IMG/VR virus record: IMGVR_UViG_3300030420_000007
Location: 358-64,357 of that record
Direction: 5' to 3' (one strand)
Origin: a virus
Taxonomy: Duplodnaviria; Caudoviricetes
Length of the DNA stretch: 64,000 nucleotides
This document shows, in pieces, positions 45,801 through 54,718 of this stretch. Position 1 is the first letter of the stretch, and the number at the start of each line of letters is the position of its first letter. The notes beneath the pieces were generated by a model that was given only the letters and a program-made list of their open reading frames with translations, was not told the DNA's origin and did not search any database. The position numbers and the translations under genes were made by a program.

Positions 45801-46307
45801 ATGACCAAGATCGTTTCTCAACTCGACGGCGCCGGCTACTTTGTTGGACCGGCCATCGCTGACCAAGACTCCATGGACCCGGAAGAGTATCTCTTGCCTT
45901 TCGGATGCGTTGACGCTGAGCCTCCGGTAATCCCGGAGGGGAAGCGTGCTCGCTTTGTCGACGGAGTCTTCGTTCTCGAAGACATCCCGGCGCCTCCCCA
46001 GGCCCCCGCAGCGGCGCCTCCCACGCCCCAACAGATCCAGGCAAGCATCACCGCCGAAGTGCAGGCTCGTCTCGATGCCTTTGCGCGTCAGCGTGAGTAC
46101 GACGGGATCATCAGCCTGTGCAGCTACGCCGGGGACCCGGACGCCACGCTCAAAGCCGAAGGGACCCTGGGTATGACCAAGCGTAGCCAGACCTGGGCGA
46201 AGATGAAGCAGATCCGTGCTGCGGTGCTGGCCGGTACTCGGCCCATGCCTACCAGCATCGCCGACATCGAGGCCGAGCTGCCCGCGCTTAACTGGCCGGC
46301 CAGCTGA
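45801..46307 (+). CDS. Tail fibre assembly protein (DUF4376-like)
   Basis: SQLD..GYFVG...AD, VQARLDAFA..R.YDGI.S.CSYA. Confidence 0.75.
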   Translation: MTKIVSQLDGAGYFVGPAIADQDSMDPEEYLLPFGCVDAEPPVIPEGKRARFVDGVFVLEDIPAPPQAPAAAPPTPQQIQASITAEVQARLDAFARQREYDGIISLCSYAGDPDATLKAEGTLGMTKRSQTWAKMKQIRAAVLAGTRPMPTSIADIEAELPALNWPAS

Positions 46308-46813
46308 TGTTAATCGCCCTTTACATCGGCGGTCACGCTAACGACCGCTTGAGCGTGCGCCTTGGCCGCTGGCTCACCCTGGTAACGCAAAAGGGCGGGT
46401 CAAGGGTCACCCACGCTGAGGCCATTGTTCAAGAGCATGCCGATGGCGCTGTAGACCTTGCCAGTGCCACGTTGCGCAAAGAAGCACCAGGCGGCAAGAC
46501 GGGTGTGCGCATCAAGAAGCACGTTCGGCTGCAGCCAGGCAACTGGCGCATTGTGGACGTTCCGCAGATCAATGCGGCCGCTGTGCAGTGGTGGTTCATC
46601 CTGCACGAAGGTGATGGCTATGATGCGCGCGGTGCCTTCGCCAGCGTGCTGCCGATCTGGTGGTCAAGCAAGGGCAAGTTCTTCTGCTACCAAGCAGTGT
46701 GCACGTCTGCCGGCATTGCCCACGGAGAGAGCTTCACCGGCCCTTCGTTCGAAGCTATGGTGCTCAGATTCGGGCAGGACGTGACCGATTCATTTTTCAG
46801 TTCAAGATCATAG
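46307..46813 (+). CDS. Permuted papain-like (NlpC/P60-related) protein
   Basis: THAE (His) precedes GYD..G and FFC (Cys), the permuted order. Confidence 0.6.
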   Translation: MLIALYIGGHANDRLSVRLGRWLTLVTQKGGSRVTHAEAIVQEHADGAVDLASATLRKEAPGGKTGVRIKKHVRLQPGNWRIVDVPQINAAAVQWWFILHEGDGYDARGAFASVLPIWWSSKGKFFCYQAVCTSAGIAHGESFTGPSFEAMVLRFGQDVTDSFFSSRS

Positions 46814-46825
46814 GAGCCCATTCCA

Positions 46826-47140
46826 ATGCCCAACTTCAATCAGTGGCTTACCACAAACCTGGAGAAGTTCGCAATCTATGTAAGCGGCCTGGCCATTGCC
46901 GCATGTTCCTACATGGTGTGGGACAACTACAAAATGAACCAGAAGCTTGCTCAATTGATCGAGATGCAGGACCAACGGATTGCAAGACTTGAGTCAGAGC
47001 AAGCAACCATCAAGGCGCAGATGGTCGGCTGGGACACGCTCAAACGAATCGAGCTGTACCTTGTTGCGTTGGAGCCGCAAAGGGCAAGATCGTCGTTGGC
47101 CGATGCGCTGCGACTGGAACGTGAGTCCCGCGCAAAATGA
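46826..47140 (+). CDS. Membrane-anchored coiled-coil protein (lysis accessory?)
   Basis: Hydrophobic segment FAIYVSGLAIAAC (lipobox-like IAAC) then heptads. Confidence 0.65.
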   Translation: MPNFNQWLTTNLEKFAIYVSGLAIAACSYMVWDNYKMNQKLAQLIEMQDQRIARLESEQATIKAQMVGWDTLKRIELYLVALEPQRARSSLADALRLERESRAK

Positions 47141-47286
47141 GCGAGATTGTCGTCCCCGCAGAGGCCGCGCAGTATCTTGAGGTTGTGCAGGCATTGCTCT
47201 ATCTCGTTGGAGTAGCCGGTCTGTGCTTATCTGCGGTGGCGGTGGCCTGGCTTCTCAAGGTCTTGTTCTCTGGAGGTCATTCATGA
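47137..47286 (+). CDS. Small membrane protein, 49 aa (absent from the ORF track)
   Basis: MSEIVVPAEAAQYLEVVQALLYLVGVAGLCLSAVAVAWLLKVLFSGGHS; ATGA overlaps at both ends. Confidence 0.65.
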   Translation: MSEIVVPAEAAQYLEVVQALLYLVGVAGLCLSAVAVAWLLKVLFSGGHS

Positions 47287-47681
47287 GCGATTACGTCACT
47301 GACTGGAAGCCATACGCTCCGTTCTTCGCGCGCGATGAGTTCGCGTGTAGCAAGACGGGGCGCTGCAACATGCGCAAGTCTACGATGGACCGGCTGCTGG
47401 CCGTGCGCAAAGAGTTCAACCGACCGATGAACGTGAGCAGCGGGGACCGTGACCCGTCTCACCCAATCGAGGCGGCGAAGGATGAGCCTGGCGTTCACAC
47501 CACAGGCAGTGCGGTCGATGTGCTGGTGGCTGGGGGCGACGCCCTCGATCTCCTCATCATCGCCCACAAGCACGGTTTCACCGGCCTCGGCGTCCAGCAG
47601 AAGGGCGCCAAGCGGTTCATTCACATGGACGATTACGAGGGCAACGCCACAACTCCCCGCCCGTGGCTTTGGAGCTACTGA
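47283..47681 (+). CDS. Endolysin, peptidase M15 family
   Basis: F..DEFAC, SSG.R...H, H.TG.AVD, FIHMD; no signal peptide. Confidence 0.88.
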   Translation: MSDYVTDWKPYAPFFARDEFACSKTGRCNMRKSTMDRLLAVRKEFNRPMNVSSGDRDPSHPIEAAKDEPGVHTTGSAVDVLVAGGDALDLLIIAHKHGFTGLGVQQKGAKRFIHMDDYEGNATTPRPWLWSY

Positions 47682-47682
47682 T

Positions 47683-48237
47683 ATGGACTGGAAAGATGTA
47701 GGTGACTGGCTCAAGGGTAATGCCACCGGGACCGCGGCTCTGGTTGGCAATCTGCTAGTGGGCAACGTCGGAGGCGCCGTTGCTGCGGGCATAGGGCTCG
47801 TTAGCAGCGCCACGGGTACCACCGACCCAACCAAAGCGTTTGCGGCGCTCCAGAACGATCCTGCCACGATGTTGCGCCTGCAGGAGTTGGCCAATGCCAG
47901 CGAGGCCGATATCAGGCGCCACGTTGAGCGCATGGAAGAACTCAGGATCGCCAACGAAGCCGCCGCCCACAAGGAGCAGCAAGAAACGATCCGAGGCGGC
48001 GACAACGCAGAAGACCCGTATGTGCGGCAGACCCGCCCGCTCCTCGCCCGGCAATCGTGGTACGGCGCCTTCGGCTTTATCGCTGTCGCCGAGATCGCCA
48101 AGGCGGCGGGCTACGGCTCGGGGGCTTCCTTCGAGCTGGCGGCGCTGCTAGCCTCACCTGCCCTTGCGTACATCGGCTTCCGAAGCATCTTCGACAAGGG
48201 CGGCGTCCTCGGGATGTTTGGGCGCGCGAAACAGTGA
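47683..48237 (+). CDS. Holin-like protein (3TM holin type)
   Basis: MDWKDVG..., D.YVRQTRP, two C-terminal hydrophobic helices. Confidence 0.7.
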   Translation: MDWKDVGDWLKGNATGTAALVGNLLVGNVGGAVAAGIGLVSSATGTTDPTKAFAALQNDPATMLRLQELANASEADIRRHVERMEELRIANEAAAHKEQQETIRGGDNAEDPYVRQTRPLLARQSWYGAFGFIAVAEIAKAAGYGSGASFELAALLASPALAYIGFRSIFDKGGVLGMFGRAKQ

Positions 48238-48245
48238 CAGGCAAC

Positions 48246-48273
48246 AAAAAGGGGAGGCCGTTAGTGCCTCCCC
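48246..48273 (-). terminator. Terminator between convergent operons
   Basis: GGGGAGGC-N7-GCCTCCCC with AAAAA on the left (U-tail on minus strand). Confidence 0.75.
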
Positions 48274-48296
48274 GTTCTCTGCTCCAGATCCTGGAT

Positions 48297-48638
48297 TCAG
48301 TCAGACGTGATTACCCGACGACGCGCCCGCGCTTGGTCAAGGTTGTACGGGTAACCGCCGGGAGCTGGGGCCTTCAGTCCCCGCCACTTGAAGGCGGCCA
48401 CCTGGGTCAGGTAGTCAGGCCACTGACCTGACTTGCGATCGTAGAAGTGCCGGACGATCTTGCCTTCACCGTCAAAGGTCTCCAGCACATCCCAGTACCC
48501 ACTCGAAGGGGGCTCCTTCGTATCGGGGAACCAATCGGTTTCCCCGGGCTCATCAGCCACCGCAACCTTGCTTGCGGCCTCGGCTACCAACGGCACCCGC
48601 TTTCGCGGTATGCCCTCCAACTCCAATTGCTTTCTCAT
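48297..48638 (-). CDS. Hypothetical protein
   Basis: 113 aa; WFP...PP..GYWDV...W..L pattern. Confidence 0.65.
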   Translation of the reverse strand: MRKQLELEGIPRKRVPLVAEAASKVAVADEPGETDWFPDTKEPPSSGYWDVLETFDGEGKIVRHFYDRKSGQWPDYLTQVAAFKWRGLKAPAPGGYPYNLDQARARRRVITSD

Positions 48639-48661
48639 TCTCTCGTCTTCCTTTCTGCTGC

Positions 48662-48889
48662 TTACTGCAACTCAACGTACAAAACTGTTCCAGGCGGCAC
48701 CGGATCATGCTTCCACTTGATCAGGGCTTCAGGTCCCATCGAACTATACCCTTCCCTGAGGACATGGGCTACCGGGGTGAAATGCCTGGGTGTGAGCTTG
48801 AGCGCGGTTCTGTTGACGACGCCTGGGGGCTGACCCTCTTTGGCGTAATCCCGCGCTTCAGCCTCGGTGGTCTCAAGTGATTCGGACAT
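48662..48889 (-). CDS. Hypothetical protein
   Basis: RBS AGGAG; 75 aa. Confidence 0.6.
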   Translation of the reverse strand: MSESLETTEAEARDYAKEGQPPGVVNRTALKLTPRHFTPVAHVLREGYSSMGPEALIKWKHDPVPPGTVLYVELQ

Positions 48890-49346
48890 GGTGAACTCCT
48901 TTCTTTTGCTTCTTGGTCAGGGGTGTTTCTTGGGCCCCTATCCAGGAGGGGATCAGTTTGAACTTTGGGTCACACGCTGTCTGGCCCAGCTGGTAGATGC
49001 GCATGGCCCGGGTCTTCGAGGTCATGAGGTCCTGACGCACCCCAGTGCAGCACCACACCTCGTCGTGATCTCGCAGATGGAAGAACATGCCCTTGAGTGA
49101 CTTACTCAGGGGCATGACCTCGACGGAGCCAATACCTGCGGCGTACTTGATCAGGTTAGAAACCGAGATTGGAAGTTCCTCATGCGTTGGCTTTTCTGAG
49201 AACCCAAGCACTGTGACCTTGACTGGACGTTCACTCTGCAGGGCGTGGGCAATGAACTTGAGCCGGGCCTTGATCTCGGCGACCTGGGCGTCATTGAGCC
49301 CGACCCGGTTGACGACCAGGCCGACGTGGTACGTTTTAAGATTCAT
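48873..49346 (-). CDS. Hypothetical protein
   Basis: RBS AGGAGA; ATGA-coupled to the SbcC-like gene. Confidence 0.65.
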   Translation of the reverse strand: MNLKTYHVGLVVNRVGLNDAQVAEIKARLKFIAHALQSERPVKVTVLGFSEKPTHEELPISVSNLIKYAAGIGSVEVMPLSKSLKGMFFHLRDHDEVWCCTGVRQDLMTSKTRAMRIYQLGQTACDPKFKLIPSWIGAQETPLTKKQKKGVHHVRIT

Positions 49347-51256
49347 TCTCCTGCTCCTTTGCTTGTTGCGATGAGTTTTGAGCCCTGCTTGGTCTTGACC
49401 ACGGTCACACCACCAGCAAAGCCCCCGAAGTCATACGTCCGGTGATCAACCAACCAGATCATGCGCTGTTCCTGCTGGGCCCTGGTTGCAAGTGACTCAA
49501 GAAGGTCCTGCACCCCCTGTGGGCTCAGATCACGCGTTGGTTCGTCCCAGACCTCAAGTTCGAGTTCGGTCCCACTGCGCGAGCGGATCAGGTTGGAGAG
49601 GCCCATCGTCCCAGCCAGGCGCAACCGCTGAGCCTCACCACCTGACCACGATTCCCAAGGCACCAGGCTCTCGTTCCTCGGGGACTTGACCAGGACAGAG
49701 AAGCCGCGCTGGATGTTGCCCCCTTTGGTTTCCCGGTCGACCTGGAAGCGCAGCTCCCAATCAAGCAGCCCAAGAGCCGCCACGCAGCTGTTCACCTCGA
49801 TCTCCAACTCCGTCAGGGCCTCAGCGATCAGCTGGAGCCGGAGTTCCTTGAACCCCCTGACCCAGTACGACAGGATGCTGTAGCGATAGTTGGAGTCATC
49901 AAGCTTGCGCTGCGTGCCTCTGATCTTCTGGGTCAGCTCCTGGCGGTCTTCCAGGGCCTTCTTCTGCATGGCTTCGTAGGGGTTGGCCTGGCCCTCGACT
50001 TCTTCGGATTGCTCCTCAATTCGGTCAAGTTCTCGGTTGAGGGTCGAAACCTCACGCCTGGCGGCCGCCAGATCACCCAGGAGGCCGTCCAGCGTGATCT
50101 GGGCGTCAAGGTGTGCCCCCTCTGCCGTTTGAAGCTCCTGCGCGGTCCTGGCAAGCTTTGGGGCGTCTTTCTTGATCTGATCCTCTGCCACGTCAACCCT
50201 GGCTTTGGCTTTTCGCCATTTTGCCCGGACTTCGCTCACGTGGGCTTGGTAATCAGCTTTGGGCAGACGCTGCTTGCAGGCCGGGCAGACCTCGTGGTCC
50301 TTTAGGTGGTCAAGCTGGTCATTCAGCTGGTCGAGATCACGCTGGTCCCCGGCCAGCATCATCCGGTAATCGCTGATGCGGGCCTCGATCTCATGTGAAT
50401 CACGCTTGAGGTCTTCCACCGGTTCGCGCAGCTTGGCTACCAGGGCTCGTTGGTTCTGGGTCCGCTCGTCCAGATCGACGACCTTGTCCTGCTCTTTCTT
50501 GAGCTTATCAAGTAACCGGGCGTATTCGGCCTCTAGTTCGTTGAGCCTGGCTTCCCGCTTGGTCTCCCATTCCTTGGATGAGTCAGCCAGATCATCACCG
50601 GCCAGCGCCTCAAGCTGCCCCCTGGCTCGTGACAGCTCGCTTTCCAGGACGCGCGAGATCGAGTCCTGCGCGCTTGCTTTGGTCGAGGCGGCCCCGGAGT
50701 ACTCCAGCCATCGATCCAGCCCCATAACGTCGCTAAACAGGGTTGCCTGGGCGTCGGCCTTTTGATCCAGGAACATGGGCTGACCCTGGGCCATCAGGAT
50801 GCAATTCAGGAACGGGGAGAATTCCAGGCGCAGACAGGCCATGATCGGATTGCTCGGATCCTTGGCTAGATCGTACTCATCATCGAAGTCACCCTGATTG
50901 CCGATGACGTCCCGAACTCTGACCCGCCAGCTGATCGGACCCCAAGTGCGGGTGGTTGTGTATTCGACTCCGTTGAGGTCATGGAAGACCAGCACGACCC
51001 GGGTCCCCTTCTTCGACTCCCAGTTGCAGACCTCCCCGGCCTTGAGACCGCGGGGGGTCTTGCCGAAGAGGCACCAGGTAAGCGCATCCCAGATCGTTGA
51101 CTTACCAGCCCCGTTAGCCCCGAGTCGGGGCTCTACCTCGTTGACCCCCTGCATGAAGTAAAGGCCTGGCTCCCTTGGGAAGACAAACACCTGCTCGCCG
51201 GCGAACGATCGGAAGTTGGTAATGGTGATCGAATCAAGCTGCACTGGGAGCCTCAC
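49343..51256 (-). CDS. SbcC/Rad50/gp46-like ATPase
   Basis: GANGAGKS Walker A, MAQG Q-loop, CPAC zinc hook, WSGGE signature, VWDE Walker B, VDH. Confidence 0.92.
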   Translation of the reverse strand: MRLPVQLDSITITNFRSFAGEQVFVFPREPGLYFMQGVNEVEPRLGANGAGKSTIWDALTWCLFGKTPRGLKAGEVCNWESKKGTRVVLVFHDLNGVEYTTTRTWGPISWRVRVRDVIGNQGDFDDEYDLAKDPSNPIMACLRLEFSPFLNCILMAQGQPMFLDQKADAQATLFSDVMGLDRWLEYSGAASTKASAQDSISRVLESELSRARGQLEALAGDDLADSSKEWETKREARLNELEAEYARLLDKLKKEQDKVVDLDERTQNQRALVAKLREPVEDLKRDSHEIEARISDYRMMLAGDQRDLDQLNDQLDHLKDHEVCPACKQRLPKADYQAHVSEVRAKWRKAKARVDVAEDQIKKDAPKLARTAQELQTAEGAHLDAQITLDGLLGDLAAARREVSTLNRELDRIEEQSEEVEGQANPYEAMQKKALEDRQELTQKIRGTQRKLDDSNYRYSILSYWVRGFKELRLQLIAEALTELEIEVNSCVAALGLLDWELRFQVDRETKGGNIQRGFSVLVKSPRNESLVPWESWSGGEAQRLRLAGTMGLSNLIRSRSGTELELEVWDEPTRDLSPQGVQDLLESLATRAQQEQRMIWLVDHRTYDFGGFAGGVTVVKTKQGSKLIATSKGAGE

Positions 51257-51443
51257 GTGCTATTGCAGCTGCTTCTTTAAGACAGTCAGTGCAGATCGTC
51301 ACCCCGCTTGGTGGGGTCCGCTTGTCAATGAGGAGGCGGGGGACTTCTTCCTGCATTCTGTGGCAGAAAGAACAAAACAGACCACTGGGGGGTAACCCCT
51401 TTGCTTTTTTAGGGAGCAAAGCAATCCGGCCGGCAGACGTCAC
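51234..51443 (-). CDS. Stand-alone ClpX-type C4 zinc-finger protein
   Basis: FCSFCHRMQEEVPRLLI...VTICTDCL matches the ClpX N-domain pattern CSFC....EV..LI.....IC..C. Confidence 0.75.
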   Translation of the reverse strand: MTSAGRIALLPKKAKGLPPSGLFCSFCHRMQEEVPRLLIDKRTPPSGVTICTDCLKEAAAIAREAPSAA

Positions 51444-51682
51444 TTTTTCTTCTCCTCAATAACGTGCCCGAGGTTGCGGGGGCTGGATTCTTGGAATCCA
51501 GCGGTGCTGGTAGAACGGAACCAGCGGTCCAGCAGGATGCGGAAGTCCATCTCAGCCTTTCGCATCGCCAACTCTTTTCCAACGCCTGGGGATTTCACAA
51601 AATCACTTAATGCGTTCATTGCGACGTGGTGCGCCTTGAGCAGCTCTTCGCGCCCGTTCGGCTTGGTGTGTTCGGTAGTCAT
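51440..51682 (-). CDS. Hypothetical protein
   Basis: 80 aa, coupled overlaps. Confidence 0.6.
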   Translation of the reverse strand: MTTEHTKPNGREELLKAHHVAMNALSDFVKSPGVGKELAMRKAEMDFRILLDRWFRSTSTAGFQESSPRNLGHVIEEKKK

Positions 51683-52707
51683 TTCAACTGCTCCTTAGCT
51701 TCTACGATCTCCAAAGCGACGTCGAGGGCTTCCCCACCAAGTTCCTCAGCCTCGACGAAGCGGCTGACTGATGCTGCCGGCGTAACCCGCTGCGGTCGGC
51801 TGGTGGTCTCGTCCAAAGATATACGGCGATTCACCTTACTGACGATCAGCTCGACCCCGGCCACCACCACTTCTGACTCACGTAGGATGGCCACGGCTTC
51901 GCGGCGGATTCTTGACCAGTCATGCTTCTCGGCCTCTGAGAGCTCCACCCTGAGCTTGACTTGATCCCCTGGGTTGAACCGCTTGCGCCGGAGGTCACGG
52001 AGGCTAGATACCTTCAGCGTGATACGACTGATGGTCTCGAAAGGGAGATCATGCGCTTTGCGGTCGGCGTCGATGAGCACAGCGCGGGGCTTGAAGGCAT
52101 CACCGAAGTGAACGTGGTAGGGTGAGCCCACGTACTCGACCCCTTTGATGATCTGGGGCACGTGGATGTCACCGCTGTAGACCTTGGCCGCGTTGAGTGG
52201 GGGCAGGGCCTCCCCCTCCATCTCCTGGCCGTTGCTGCTGATGGCCCCTGAGATCGTCTGATGCATGAAGAGGTAGTCGTAGTGGGAGAAATCTAGGCCC
52301 TCCCAGTCCTTGATCGGGTTCTTGGAGTATGGCAGATAGAACGCTGAGACGCTGCGCGGGCCTCCGCCAACCTCTTGGTCCTCTTGGGGGCTCGTGATGA
52401 ACTTGACGTTGGGGATGACGTTGAGGAAGCGGAAGAACTCATGCCCGGCTTTCAGCCAGTCATGGTTGCCCACCAGGATGTTGATCTGGATGTGATCGGG
52501 GAAGCCCTTGATGGCCTTGACCACGCGGTTGGTCAACTCGGCGCTATGGTTGTCCTTGGCGTCAGTGAGATCACCGAGGATCAGGACGGTCCTGATCTTC
52601 AGATCCTTGCAAACCCGGTAGAGCCAGGGGAAGAGCCCCCACCGGTACTCACAGGAGACGTCGTCGACTAGATGAAGGTCCGAGACTAGAAGTGCTGGGA
52701 GTTGCAT
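51679..52707 (-). CDS. SbcD/Mre11/gp47-like metallophosphoesterase nuclease
   Basis: SDLH, LGDLTD, GNHD, HQT, SGDIH motifs. Confidence 0.92.
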   Translation of the reverse strand: MQLPALLVSDLHLVDDVSCEYRWGLFPWLYRVCKDLKIRTVLILGDLTDAKDNHSAELTNRVVKAIKGFPDHIQINILVGNHDWLKAGHEFFRFLNVIPNVKFITSPQEDQEVGGGPRSVSAFYLPYSKNPIKDWEGLDFSHYDYLFMHQTISGAISSNGQEMEGEALPPLNAAKVYSGDIHVPQIIKGVEYVGSPYHVHFGDAFKPRAVLIDADRKAHDLPFETISRITLKVSSLRDLRRKRFNPGDQVKLRVELSEAEKHDWSRIRREAVAILRESEVVVAGVELIVSKVNRRISLDETTSRPQRVTPAASVSRFVEAEELGGEALDVALEIVEAKEQLK

Positions 52708-53269
52708 GTGGCACCATTGCGAGGAGTCGTTGAAATTCTGGGGTAGCTATACCCGCCATAACTGTGGCCATAGCATCGGCAAGGTGTTCGTTGTCATTGA
52801 TGATTCGGCCGTCAATCTTGCCCCGGTCTCGAAGCCAGGGGGCACCAGGCCAATGCCTGACAGCCCACTTGATGATGTCGGCTTTGTTGGCCTTGGTCTT
52901 ACGATTACCGGAGACCGCCACCTTCACCTCCATCGGGCTGACCTCAATAATCGGGATAGGACAGCTAGCCAGGACCCCCACTGCTATACCAAGGGCTCGG
53001 GCCGCAGAGGCCGATTGTGACCCGCTGGGGACTTCTACAAACGCGAAGGAAGCCCCAGCGCAGTAAGCAACCAGGGCCGCGTTCAGCTCTTTGGCTCGCC
53101 GCAGCTCTTCGCTGCTTTTGCGTACGGTCTTGTGGCCATCCGCCTGGGTGCTGACCAGCTTGAGGTCGAGGCAGGCAACCCTGACCCCCTTACCATCGGG
53201 GTTAGGATCGAGGCGTACGCGAGCGAAGCCCATGTTGGCAAAGGCCGCGTCAATTCCAACGGCGATCAT
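52649..53269 (-). CDS. RuvC-like Holliday junction resolvase
   Basis: VGIDAAFANMG, FVEVP, P.EVK.AV.G...A.K, EHLADA. Confidence 0.85.
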   Translation of the reverse strand: MIAVGIDAAFANMGFARVRLDPNPDGKGVRVACLDLKLVSTQADGHKTVRKSSEELRRAKELNAALVAYCAGASFAFVEVPSGSQSASAARALGIAVGVLASCPIPIIEVSPMEVKVAVSGNRKTKANKADIIKWAVRHWPGAPWLRDRGKIDGRIINDNEHLADAMATVMAGIATPEFQRLLAMVPHATPSTSSLGPSSSRRRLL

Positions 53270-53415
53270 TACTTAATCCCAGTGCTTGCCGGAGTCTTAC
53301 GCACAATGTGCGTGGTCTTCTTGAAGTGCTGGGCATCTCGGTACGCCATCAGGATGACGAAGGCGATGCCCAGCACGATGAAGATGAGAAAGATGATAAC
53401 GGCAGTTTTACTCAT
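53269..53415 (-). CDS. Small single-TM protein, 48 aa (absent from the ORF track)
   Basis: MSKTAVIIFLIFIVLGIAFVILMAYRDAQHFKK...; overlaps both neighbours. Confidence 0.6.
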   Translation of the reverse strand: MSKTAVIIFLIFIVLGIAFVILMAYRDAQHFKKTTHIVRKTPASTGIK

Positions 53416-53627
53416 GGTGCTGTTCTCTTGATGTAGTTGATGTACTTCTTGCGGAAGTCTTGGTCAGTCATGGAGAGTCGATCCTGGTGGATGACGTCGG
53501 CCAGCTTTTCTCGTATGGCTCCAAGAGGCTCCTCCGGTCCAACTGTGATGAACTGGCCCGCCGCATCAGCGTTCATGATCTCATTGTGAATCCAGAGTTT
53601 GACAATCTTGATGGGGGGCCTGCGCAT
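53412..53627 (-). CDS. Hypothetical protein
   Basis: RBS AGGAGA; 71 aa. Confidence 0.6.
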   Translation of the reverse strand: MRRPPIKIVKLWIHNEIMNADAAGQFITVGPEEPLGAIREKLADVIHQDRLSMTDQDFRKKYINYIKRTAP

Positions 53628-53635
53628 AGCTTCTC

Positions 53636-54715
53636 CTAGTTACCGTACTTCGATGCTTTGGGCAGGAAGTCCACGTCAATGGCCTGCCACTCGTCGTGGA
53701 TGATCTGACGCAGCTTGTCCCTGATCTCGGCGACCTCGGCCCCACCTTTGTCACGCAGGTTGTTGATGCGCACCTTGTAGCCGGCCTTGCTCATGCCCAG
53801 GTCTTCCAGGCGGTGGTCCCGCTTGACCTCGATCAGCCACTCAACCCCGGCCGTCATGTCGTCGATTCCGTAGCCGAAGATGATGGGGTACGAGCACTCA
53901 CGGAACGGGAGGCCGACCTTATTCTTCTTGACCTTGACCCTGACGTTGACGCCGGTGACTCGCTTGACGCCGTTGATGGTCTTGTCGATCTTGCCGATCT
54001 CGGCTAGCCACACGATGTGACTCGCATAGAAGTCAAGAGCCCGGCCGCCGCTGCGTGTCTTGGTCTCACCGAAAGTGACATTGAGCTTGTCACGAATCTG
54101 GCTGACCACGATCAGGAGCACGTTCAGCTTCTCGATGCGGTCAATCAGCTTGCGGAACAGCTCCCCGCTCTTCTTGGCCTTGGCGCCACCGTATGACCCC
54201 TTGTCGATCTCTCGGTCCATCTCGGCGTCATCGCTGAGGGCGTCAAGAGAATCGAGGATGTAGAGGCCAGGGGCCTTGTCCTTCTCGCACTTGTCGAGGA
54301 ACGCTTCCAGATCGTTGTACCAGTCCTCGACGGTGCGCATGGCGCGATCCCTGCCGAAGTCAATGGCGTCGGTGGGCATCCCCAGGGCTTCGGCATAGCG
54401 TTCGTCGAAGGCGGACTCCGACTCAGCGTAGCGGATGTGACCGTGAGTATACACTCGGTGGAAGTTGGCGCTGGCTTCGATGGCGAGCAAGGTCTTGCCC
54501 GATGATCGGTCACCCACGATGTTGGCCACGCGCCCCAGAACCCAGCCCCCACCGAGAGCTGCATTCATGACGTCGCAACCGGTTGATACGAAGTTGAGGT
54601 CTGACTTCTCGGTGAACGATGCGAAGTAGGAGGAAGACGTCTTGCTGGGCTTGAGGCTGACGCGCCCCGACTTCTTAGCCGGGGCGGCCTCGGCCACCTT
54701 CTTTCTGGTGGCCAT
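53636..54715 (-). CDS. recA: RecA/UvsX-like recombinase
   Basis: VSTGC..MN.ALGGG...GR, GDRSSGKT, ILDSLDAL, SQIRDK, GGRAL.FYAS, KNKVG.PFR. Confidence 0.92.
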   Translation of the reverse strand: MATRKKVAEAAPAKKSGRVSLKPSKTSSSYFASFTEKSDLNFVSTGCDVMNAALGGGWVLGRVANIVGDRSSGKTLLAIEASANFHRVYTHGHIRYAESESAFDERYAEALGMPTDAIDFGRDRAMRTVEDWYNDLEAFLDKCEKDKAPGLYILDSLDALSDDAEMDREIDKGSYGGAKAKKSGELFRKLIDRIEKLNVLLIVVSQIRDKLNVTFGETKTRSGGRALDFYASHIVWLAEIGKIDKTINGVKRVTGVNVRVKVKKNKVGLPFRECSYPIIFGYGIDDMTAGVEWLIEVKRDHRLEDLGMSKAGYKVRINNLRDKGGAEVAEIRDKLRQIIHDEWQAIDVDFLPKASKYGN

Positions 54716-54718
54716 GTT

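Noticed and set aside
44763-46307. Tail-fibre diversification (DGR or invertible cassette)
   Set aside because: No reverse transcriptase, template repeat, invertase or duplicated fibre tips seen.
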